A DNA stretch of 40,038 nucleotides, from positions 1-40,038 of IMG/VR virus record IMGVR_UViG_3300046002_006899; one strand, given 5' to 3'. The notes below the pieces were generated by a model. The model ran no database searches. It worked only from the letters and a program-made list of their open reading frames with translations, and was not told the origin of the DNA. Shown piece after piece: positions 33,820 to 40,038 of the stretch (position 1 is its first letter; the number at the start of each line of letters is the position of its first letter). This DNA comes from a virus. Taxonomy: Duplodnaviria; Caudoviricetes. Both the position numbers and the translations under genes were made by a program.

Positions 33820-35440
33820 GCCTCCCGCTCATTTGCGCGTCGATGAACTCGCTCGCATCACTGAACGACACCGACTCAGGTGCCGGGTGGCGAAAGCGAG
33901 CCATGAGCCGGACTTGCTTCGGAGTCGCGAGATTTTCGAGTCTGCGGACGTTCAGCTTATCCATGATGGCGGAGGCATGCCCGAAGCAGGTAATCGAAGC
34001 AGGGTCGAAGCCGAGCCGCTCAAGGGTCGCGAGTTGCCCAGCAGTTGCAGGCCTCGCCTCTCGTGGAGATGTCGGGACGTATTTCGCGAGAGCCTCATCA
34101 CCGAGGGAGAGGCACATCGCGACCGCATCGTGAGTGCCAGGGGGCCGCTTGTGATTCTCCTTGAGCGCCTCGATTACTTTCTTCATCCGCTGCTCTTCGA
34201 TGGTGTCGCCGAGGGCTAGCACGTCTTGATCTTCGCTCCCTTCACCACCCGCCGCGAGAGCCTCGCCGATGGCCTTCACAGTCGCCTCGTTCTCTGCGAA
34301 TAGATTCGCCGCGCCCATGAGCGACAGCTTCTCAGACTGCCAAAGGAAATCGAGCAGGAGCAACTCAGGCTTTGAGCTTGCAGCGATAGCCGCCCGCCTC
34401 TCCTCAGCGGTCGGGAGTGCATCGACATTCGCGACGACCCTCGTCCCTCGCCCGACCATTTGAGTATAGAGCGAGCGGACAGCAGTCGGGCGAAGGTTAA
34501 CGATACAATCCACGTCCTTCTGATCGTATCCCTCGGTGAGCAGCATCGCGTTGCAGAGAGCAGACCCAGGAGGGGCAGAAGCAAACCACGCGAGGGTATC
34601 GGCCCGGTTCTCGTCGTTGCCATGGACAAAGCGCGACTCGATGCCGTTCTTCGTTAGAATCTCGCTCATGCGCTGGCTCGTTTTCACGAGAGGCAGGAAG
34701 ACGATTGTTTTTCTGTCCCAGCACTTAGAGGACATGACGAGCGCCACACGCTCAAGCCAAGGCTCAATCTTCTTGCCGAGTTGATCCACCGAGAAATCCC
34801 CCGCCATCTTCCGCACGCCGCTAAGGTCGATCTTCACCGGCAGAGTCTCGACCTTGATAGGAGAGAGAAACCCCTCACGGATCAGTCGGGCGAGTGTGAT
34901 CTCGAAGGCCACCCGCTCGAAGACAGAGCCGAGGTTCTTCTTGTCGCCACGGTCGGGGGTCGCTGTCACTCCGAGGACTTTCGCGCCGGTGAAATGAGCC
35001 AGGACTCGGAGATACGAATCGGCTAGGACATGGTGAGCTTCATCGACAACGATCAAGTCGAAGTGATCCGCAGGAAACCGCTCGCACCTACCGGTGAGAG
35101 TCTGAACACTGCCAACCACGACGACCGCAGAGAGCGAGGCCCGACGCTCCGCCTTCTCAATCTCAGCATGGAGACCAGTCGCCGCGAGCACCTTGCTCTT
35201 GGCTTGTTCGAGCAACTCCTCACGATGCGCGATGATGAGCGTCCGGCCCGGTGCGTAGTGCTTCGCGAGCCATGCGAAGAAGATCGTTTTCCCGCCCCCA
35301 GTTGGAATAACGACAAGCTGCTTCGTCACTTCATCGAAGCCGGTTATCGTTGAGTCCTTTGCTTCTGCCTGATAGTCGCGCAGAGGCATCGACGCAGAGA
35401 CAGCAACGACCACAGGGGGCGGGTCAAATAGATCGTACAT
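33809..35440 (-). CDS. Superfamily II DExH helicase
   Basis: LRDYQ, PTGGGKT, DEAHH, TATP, LTEGYD and QMVGRGTR motifs. Confidence 0.95.
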   Translation of the reverse strand: MYDLFDPPPVVVAVSASMPLRDYQAEAKDSTITGFDEVTKQLVVIPTGGGKTIFFAWLAKHYAPGRTLIIAHREELLEQAKSKVLAATGLHAEIEKAERRASLSAVVVVGSVQTLTGRCERFPADHFDLIVVDEAHHVLADSYLRVLAHFTGAKVLGVTATPDRGDKKNLGSVFERVAFEITLARLIREGFLSPIKVETLPVKIDLSGVRKMAGDFSVDQLGKKIEPWLERVALVMSSKCWDRKTIVFLPLVKTSQRMSEILTKNGIESRFVHGNDENRADTLAWFASAPPGSALCNAMLLTEGYDQKDVDCIVNLRPTAVRSLYTQMVGRGTRVVANVDALPTAEERRAAIAASSKPELLLLDFLWQSEKLSLMGAANLFAENEATVKAIGEALAAGGEGSEDQDVLALGDTIEEQRMKKVIEALKENHKRPPGTHDAVAMCLSLGDEALAKYVPTSPREARPATAGQLATLERLGFDPASITCFGHASAIMDKLNVRRLENLATPKQVRLMARFRHPAPESVSFSDASEFIDAQMSGRRAA

Positions 35441-35445
35441 AATGG

Positions 35446-35661
35446 CTAGGCGCAGATGTTGCAGAGGGCGACGCGTGGATTAAACCCGCGATTGATAACT
35501 TCCAGCGTGTCACAGACCGCACGGCACGACTTACAATGAACTGTCCCGAGGGGATGCTTCGCGATGCGTGCGAGATGCCGCGCAGTCTTAAGCTTGCTAT
35601 CCTCGACACTCACAGGAGCAACGGGAGCGTTCACATTCCACATATTGAGAGAAACATTCAC
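35446..35661 (-). CDS. Small Cys-rich hypothetical protein
   Basis: CKSC..C and CNIC; ATGA coupling. Confidence 0.6.
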   Translation of the reverse strand: MNVSLNMWNVNAPVAPVSVEDSKLKTARHLARIAKHPLGTVHCKSCRAVCDTLEVINRGFNPRVALCNICA

Positions 35662-36026
35662 GGCTCAACCTCCTCAGTGATAGTTAGCTCGACACGAGGA
35701 TTCTCTTTGTCAGTGGCGAACACTGGACGCAGGGGCCAAAGTCCCTTGTCATCTTCGACAATACCAGCGTCCTCAATGCCGTCGATTGTTGCCTTGAGTG
35801 AGCCGATGAAATTCATAGGGTCGGGGTGATTTGCAGTCTTGAAAAACGCCTTAATGCCGAGAGTCGCCCGCTTCCAGCGAGGGGCGTATTCGGTCGACTT
35901 GAGGCATTCAATCCCCGCCTCGGTGCGCTGCTTCTTTGTGGCAGCAGCCTTTGCCCAGATACCTTTACGACCATTCTGCGAGACGGCACGCTCAGGCAGG
36001 GGGAAGGTGACAGTAATGGAGTTCAT
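35658..36026 (-). CDS. rusA: RusA-like Holliday junction resolvase
   Basis: S.N, DPMN...LK..IDGI..AGIVEDD and PRVELTI motifs. Confidence 0.8.
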   Translation of the reverse strand: MNSITVTFPLPERAVSQNGRKGIWAKAAATKKQRTEAGIECLKSTEYAPRWKRATLGIKAFFKTANHPDPMNFIGSLKATIDGIEDAGIVEDDKGLWPLRPVFATDKENPRVELTITEEVEP

Positions 36027-36040
36027 AGCCGTGTAGGAGA

Positions 36041-36111
36041 TGCCAACTCGTGCGCCGAATATTCGGTTAGCTTGCCATTACGCGGAGCTTGCTCCGACGC
36101 ACGAGAGGGCA
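36041..36111 (-). ncRNA. Candidate multibranch structured RNA or ssDNA element
   Basis: Closing stem CTCGTGCG/CGCACGAG (extended by TGCC/GGCA) encloses two hairpins. Confidence 0.5.
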
Positions 36112-36118
36112 GATTCGT

Positions 36119-36523
36119 TTATGCTTCCCAGGTGAAGGCAGCGACTTCGTTGCGCTCGTCGCCCTTGTTGTTCTTACCGACCTTGATGTCTGCGAAGCCC
36201 TCTGAGCCGATGAGGTCGAAACAGTCGATCTCAATAAGAGCGCCCTCGCCGGGATGCTTGCCGATGGCCTTGAGCATGCTATCAATCTTCCACGCCGTCT
36301 TGCTGTGAAAGTAAAGGTTGTCGAACACCTTCACCGTTTCCTCGGTCGTGGGATTTTTAATCTTGAGCGTGAGCTCGATGAACTGCGTCCCCTTGGGGAG
36401 GCTGCTCCCGTCCTTGTCCATCTTGCCTTCTTTGGCATCGACGATCTCGAAGGGATAGTTACCCTTGGGGAAGATGGTAAATTTTGATGCTGTCGGGGTG
36501 CCTGCGCTGAATGAAATAGCCAT
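36119..36523 (-). CDS. DUF669-like single-stranded DNA-binding protein
   Basis: PKG.Y..EI.DA, VFDNL, WKI...L.AIG, DLIG and RNEV motifs; lies in the Sak4 module. Confidence 0.75.
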   Translation of the reverse strand: MAISFSAGTPTASKFTIFPKGNYPFEIVDAKEGKMDKDGSSLPKGTQFIELTLKIKNPTTEETVKVFDNLYFHSKTAWKIDSMLKAIGKHPGEGALIEIDCFDLIGSEGFADIKVGKNNKGDERNEVAAFTWEA

Positions 36524-36542
36524 GATGTTTTGATTCGTTGAT

Positions 36543-36557
36543 GGGTTATAGTAACCC
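36543..36557. promoter_or_regulatory. Palindromic operator GGGTTA-TAG-TAACCC
   Basis: Intergenic, upstream of the SSB gene. Confidence 0.85.
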
Positions 36558-36568
36558 GTTTTGTTTTT

Positions 36569-37615
36569 TTACTTCTTTGCCTTTTTCTTCGACTTAGCCA
36601 GATAGGCCGCGCCGTGAGATTCTTTAATGATACCGTCTGGTAAAGCCTCAGCCTCGCCGTAGATCAAAGCCCACAGAGCCTTGAACTTGCCGCCCGTGAT
36701 ATTCCCGCATGCCGCGAGAACCCTTGCACTGCCGCCATCCTTGAGCGGATTCTTCCGCCCGTAGTTTTCGCCTAGCATGGTAGCTTCCACGCTCTCAGAC
36801 TTGCGCCCGCTCATCAGCGACCACCCAGGCACCGCGACCCCGGCCAGCACATGCGAGAGCGCCGACCGGCGAAGCTCATCATGCAGACCATCGTCGCGAG
36901 TGATCTCGTGCGTGATGTCGAGCAGCGTCGCCAAGTCCTCAGGGTGCTGTTTGATCGTGGCAAGGTCGAGCTTGCCCGGTGCCCCCATGAGGAGAATCGA
37001 GAGAGGCTCAAGCCGCTCTTTGCACGTCCACCGATGAGCACACCACCCGCAGTATTCGTTAGGAGTCGGCGCGATGCCGACAGTCTGAACTCGTGCGATA
37101 ATTGGAGCGATGAGAGCGGTCGCGCTTTCGAGTGTCCATCGACGAGTGACGACTTGCCGCTCGTCGCAGAACAGGAGGTGAGTTGTCCACTCAGAGACAA
37201 ACTCGCGTTCCATGAACCCGACAGCATAAGCCGCCTGTTGCTCGTCATAGTTGCGCACCTGCCCGCTCTTCAAATCGCCAGAGCACCGCTGAACAGGAAC
37301 CGCATAATCAGCCGTCCCCTTCATGCCCAGCATTTCAACGAATAAGTCGCTCTCCTCGCTTTGCACTGCATCACTGCCAGCAAAGAGACGAACCTTCGCG
37401 ACTGCCCACTCGATAGCCTCGCGGTCATCTTGTGAAGTTTCAGGAGCCCAGGCGACGAACGTCCCGCCAAGGAGGGCGCGAAAGACTCCATCCATCGCCG
37501 TTCCACGCTCCGCAGCCGGACCGGCGAACTCACTCCCTTGAAAGCTGGAGCACTCCGCCAACTTTGGCAGAGCCGAGGGACGCAGAGCCACGAGCCGAGG
37601 GATGAGCGCGCTCAC
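36569..37615 (-). CDS. Cas4-like PD-(D/E)xK exonuclease (DUF2800-like)
   Basis: PS..P....C, AAERGT, GTAD, DLKSG, Q.AAYA and C.WC.....C motifs. Confidence 0.85.
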   Translation of the reverse strand: MSALIPRLVALRPSALPKLAECSSFQGSEFAGPAAERGTAMDGVFRALLGGTFVAWAPETSQDDREAIEWAVAKVRLFAGSDAVQSEESDLFVEMLGMKGTADYAVPVQRCSGDLKSGQVRNYDEQQAAYAVGFMEREFVSEWTTHLLFCDERQVVTRRWTLESATALIAPIIARVQTVGIAPTPNEYCGWCAHRWTCKERLEPLSILLMGAPGKLDLATIKQHPEDLATLLDITHEITRDDGLHDELRRSALSHVLAGVAVPGWSLMSGRKSESVEATMLGENYGRKNPLKDGGSARVLAACGNITGGKFKALWALIYGEAEALPDGIIKESHGAAYLAKSKKKAKK

Positions 37616-37791
37616 AGCTTCGCCCCCCTATCGTATCCGAGAGTGCCGTCATTGTAGCCCGTGGCATAAGCCAGAGCGCGAACACGAGCGCACTCGCTCA
37701 CGAGCTTGTCGCGGAACTGGCGTTCGATGCAGCCAGCGTAGAACCACGCCCCGAGGGAGACGATCATCGAGAGGATTGAGAGAGCAATCAC
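37612..37791 (-). CDS. Small membrane protein
   Basis: GTG at 37791 overlaps the upstream stop; N-terminal TM segment. Confidence 0.55.
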   Translation of the reverse strand: MIALSILSMIVSLGAWFYAGCIERQFRDKLVSECARVRALAYATGYNDGTLGYDRGAKL

Positions 37792-38912
37792 GCCGCGACT
37801 CCCTTCATAAACTGAGCGACCCAGGCCGCAGGTGAACGGAGGCACCGCTCGACATACTTAGCGGTGACATCGCGGAACGTCTGCCCCGCCTTAATCTCTG
37901 ACCGGCTGAGAAGGTAGGAGTTTGCCGCCGCTTCATTCTCGCCGACCACGGCAGAGAGCGGATGCTCACCAGTGACGACGGACGTCTCGACATCGACGAC
38001 CGGCGACAGATGGGGAATCGTGTCATCCTTTGCCGAGATTGTCGTGTCGATTTTTGCAGGAGTCTCGACGGCCAGAACCAATTCGGCAGGCGATGCAGCC
38101 GCGACCGTCTTAACCGCTTCCGCGATCTTCGCGACATCAGGCTTTGCAGCCACGGGCGCAGCCTTCACGACCACGGCAGGAGGCGTAGAGACCGGAGCAC
38201 CGAGGCAGCGGTTCAATGTTGCAACGCTCCATTCCTCTTCCTCCTTGAGGCCATGGCGATTCTTCGCGTCAGACGTGGCGGAGTGAGAAGCGAAGAGTCG
38301 GCGAACCTTGCCGCCGATGCCCTTAAACTTCGTCTTGTCCCCCTCTTCAACTTCGCGAGTGCTCGTCTTCCAGTTGCCAAACAGGAGAGCGTCGCACCAC
38401 TCAGAGACGAGGGGCCGGACGTGCTTCGAGAGCTTCAATTCCCAGCGATCATATGCGCCCGCTGAATCAGGAAGCTCGAACTTCTTCACCTGAACATGGC
38501 CCAGGCCGACGATGTTCATTTTCAAGGCCAGCTTATTAAGCAGCGCCAGCACATCGTTGAACCGCTCGCCGACAATGATAGGACCCTTGCCGTAACCGAA
38601 GGCCTCGATTGATTTCTTGTCATTGACGCGGAGAACGTCAGCAATAACAAACTCTTCGAGCTTGTCGAGGGTGTCGATGAAGAGGGTCCTAAATCCCTGC
38701 GCATCACGCAGCAGAGAGTTGATAATTTCCTCGAAGCCCTTCAAATCGGAAGGCTCAAGACGTGCAACGTCGAGGTGATGAGTGCCCTTTTCCAAGTCGA
38801 TAAAAAGAGCATCAGGCACCCCACTGCCGAGGGTGGATTTGCCGAGGCCGTGAGGGGCGTAGAGGACGATGCGTTGAGGGCGGCGGACTGTGCCGCGTGT
38901 GATGGGAAGCAT
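37788..38912 (-). CDS. Sak4-like AAA_24 ATPase (recombinase)
   Basis: LYAPHGLGKST, FIDLEKG, TLFIDTLD, FGYGKG, YDRW.LKL, EWCD and AKNR motifs. Confidence 0.88.
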   Translation of the reverse strand: MLPITRGTVRRPQRIVLYAPHGLGKSTLGSGVPDALFIDLEKGTHHLDVARLEPSDLKGFEEIINSLLRDAQGFRTLFIDTLDKLEEFVIADVLRVNDKKSIEAFGYGKGPIIVGERFNDVLALLNKLALKMNIVGLGHVQVKKFELPDSAGAYDRWELKLSKHVRPLVSEWCDALLFGNWKTSTREVEEGDKTKFKGIGGKVRRLFASHSATSDAKNRHGLKEEEEWSVATLNRCLGAPVSTPPAVVVKAAPVAAKPDVAKIAEAVKTVAAASPAELVLAVETPAKIDTTISAKDDTIPHLSPVVDVETSVVTGEHPLSAVVGENEAAANSYLLSRSEIKAGQTFRDVTAKYVERCLRSPAAWVAQFMKGVAA

Positions 38913-38936
38913 GATGGTGTGAGGTCTGGGGTGGCG

Positions 38937-39170
38937 TTACTTGCTGATGGTTGGAAGCTGAAGACGAACGCGGCGAGCTTGCGCCTGCTTCGTCTGGTAG
39001 TGGTCGTGAATCGCTTGAGCCTTTGCCCGTTTGTCGAAACGCTGCATCGCTCCATTGAAGCCGATGCGATACGGCCCGCCTTTGCGGCGAGGATTGGAAG
39101 CCGCGAGAACGATGGTCACGAGGTCGTTTTTGTTCGCGCCCTTGGCGATGATATTGAGAGGCTTAGGCAT
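38937..39170 (-). CDS. Hypothetical basic protein
   Basis: ATG at 39170 after an AC-rich leader. Confidence 0.65.
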   Translation of the reverse strand: MPKPLNIIAKGANKNDLVTIVLAASNPRRKGGPYRIGFNGAMQRFDKRAKAQAIHDHYQTKQAQARRVRLQLPTISK

Positions 39171-39210
39171 GGTGTGTTGTCTGTGTTGTTTCGTTGCGTT
39201 GAAGCTCGCC

Positions 39211-39633
39211 TTATTTGACGAGTGATTTACTGACTGCGTGCATGCACTGGCGGCAGCGACGCAGGAAAGGGGAAGGGTGCCACTGTGCCCACTGCGGAAG
39301 CTTTGCCCCGGTCGGGCTGTTGTGACATGCGTTCTTGCCCGCTGTGACGAAGTGAGCGGAGTCGAGGAGCGCCGACTGCATCCATTCACCAGGGGCCTCG
39401 ACGACCACCGGAGCGACCACAACGGGCGGCAAGATGGTCGGAGTCAAAACCGCAGGAGAAAGGGAGATGGTAGGGAAGTGCTTCTTGAGCCACTTCTTTG
39501 CCTCCGTCGCAGTGATCCGCAGACCGAGGACGCCGGGATACGTGCGAGCCTTGAGCCATCCCTGACGGTGATGGTCGCGAATGGTTCCGCGTGTTTTGCC
39601 TGTAATGTCTGCGAGTTGCGAGATGGAGAACAT
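39211..39633 (-). CDS. Excisionase/MerR-like HTH protein with C-terminal Zn-binding domain
   Basis: FSISQLADITGKTRGTIR....GWLKA; Pro/Val linker; H..C...CxxC. Confidence 0.7.
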   Translation of the reverse strand: MFSISQLADITGKTRGTIRDHHRQGWLKARTYPGVLGLRITATEAKKWLKKHFPTISLSPAVLTPTILPPVVVAPVVVEAPGEWMQSALLDSAHFVTAGKNACHNSPTGAKLPQWAQWHPSPFLRRCRQCMHAVSKSLVK

Positions 39634-39677
39634 TTTGTACAAAAAATATAAACAGAAGGGTTAACCTAGACTAGGAG

Positions 39678-39690
39678 GGTTATAGTAACC
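39678..39690. promoter_or_regulatory. Palindromic operator GGTTATAGTAACC
   Basis: Intergenic, upstream of the early operon; an additional GGTTAACC lies at 39659-39666. Confidence 0.85.
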
Positions 39691-39707
39691 GCGAGGTTTA
39701 AAAAAAG

Positions 39708-39902
39708 CTAAGCGACTGAGGCCTCCAAGAGCGCCCGCCCCAAAGCGGAAACGCTGAGACCCCGCTCAGCCGCGAGCCTTTGCACCTTTAGAACGAGTTC
39801 CCTGTTGAACCTGTTTGAGATCATGCCGCTCTGTGGCGTCGGCAATTTGGCGATAGTCTTCGGGCGTGAGTTCGATTTTTTGCGTGGCAGTGGTGAGGAC
39901 AT
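39708..39902 (-). CDS. Second ribbon-helix-helix protein, overlapping the first in another frame
   Basis: MISNRFNRELVLKVQRLAAERGLSVSALGRALLE is CopG/Arc-like; start at 39902 or 39824. Confidence 0.65.
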   Translation of the reverse strand: MSSPLPRKKSNSRPKTIAKLPTPQSGMISNRFNRELVLKVQRLAAERGLSVSALGRALLEASVA

Positions 39903-40023
39903 TTTCAATGTAGGATGTAATGGAAAGTTTTGCGGCCTTCGCGGCTTTACGGACTCGGCGGGAGAGTGTTCTTGGGACATAGAAGCCGAGCATTTCTTTG
40001 TCTGAGGCGTGAACGTTTGGCAT
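39766..40023 (-). CDS. Ribbon-helix-helix repressor
   Basis: MLGFYVPRTLSRRVRKAAKAAKLSITSYIENVL is Arc/Mnt-like. Confidence 0.75.
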   Translation of the reverse strand: MPNVHASDKEMLGFYVPRTLSRRVRKAAKAAKLSITSYIENVLTTATQKIELTPEDYRQIADATERHDLKQVQQGTRSKGAKARG

Positions 40024-40038
40024 AAATGGGGGGGGGGG
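39912..40038 (+). repeat. Terminal direct repeat, right copy
   Basis: Identical to 1-127. Confidence 0.95.

Larger units (their letters stand above)
1..39911. mobile_element. Complete temperate podovirus-like phage genome (circular contig)
   Basis: Terminal 127-bp overlap, intact attP, integrase, and full replication, packaging, head, short-tail and lysis modules. No tape-measure or sheath gene seen. Confidence 0.95.

Noticed and set aside
36569-37615. CRISPR-Cas system
   Set aside because: The Cas4-like nuclease sits in a Sak4-SSB recombination module; no array or other cas genes.
484-39633. Alternative genetic code or stop-codon recoding
   Set aside because: Genes tile densely with the standard code, and TAA, TAG and TGA all act as stops.
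39912-40038. Biological terminal repeat as in T7
   Set aside because: The length of 127 matches an assembler k-mer, and it cuts through a gene and a homopolymer; more likely a circularisation overlap.

Overview
The window is most likely a complete, circularly assembled temperate podovirus-like phage genome of about 39,911 bp: bases 1-127 recur exactly at 39912-40038. An attP carrying the 3' half of tRNA-Leu(CAA) sits next to a + strand tyrosine integrase. Nearly everything else is on the - strand. From right to left the order is: RHH regulators and an Xis-like HTH; recombination/replication genes (Sak4-like ATPase, Cas4-like nuclease, SSB, RusA, SF2 helicase, primase-helicase, iteron origin); packaging genes (terS, HNH, terL); a DUF5664 nucleotide hydrolase; a CHAP lysin; T7/BPP-1-type portal, scaffold, capsid and tail tube A/B; three ejection proteins including a 2560-aa polyvalent protein; a collagen tail fibre; a sialyltransferase/Maf-fold gene; holin-like genes; and a mosaic lectin-like gene. 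The most notable observations are: (1) a cassette array of two ADP-ribosyltransferase-like modules plus one unknown module inside the giant ejection protein, bounded by FSL motifs and short DNA direct repeats; (2) a five-copy late promoter motif TTG(AC/CA)-N11-TGATTCCC; (3) a palindromic operator GGTTATAGTAACC with two overlapping RHH genes behind a C12 tract and no CI/Cro switch; (4) two candidate structured RNAs; (5) three small membrane or lipoprotein ORFs missing from the ORF track; (6) apparent avoidance of YCCGGR, CTGCAG and GGATCC. All protein calls come from motif recognition and synteny by eye; no database search was run.
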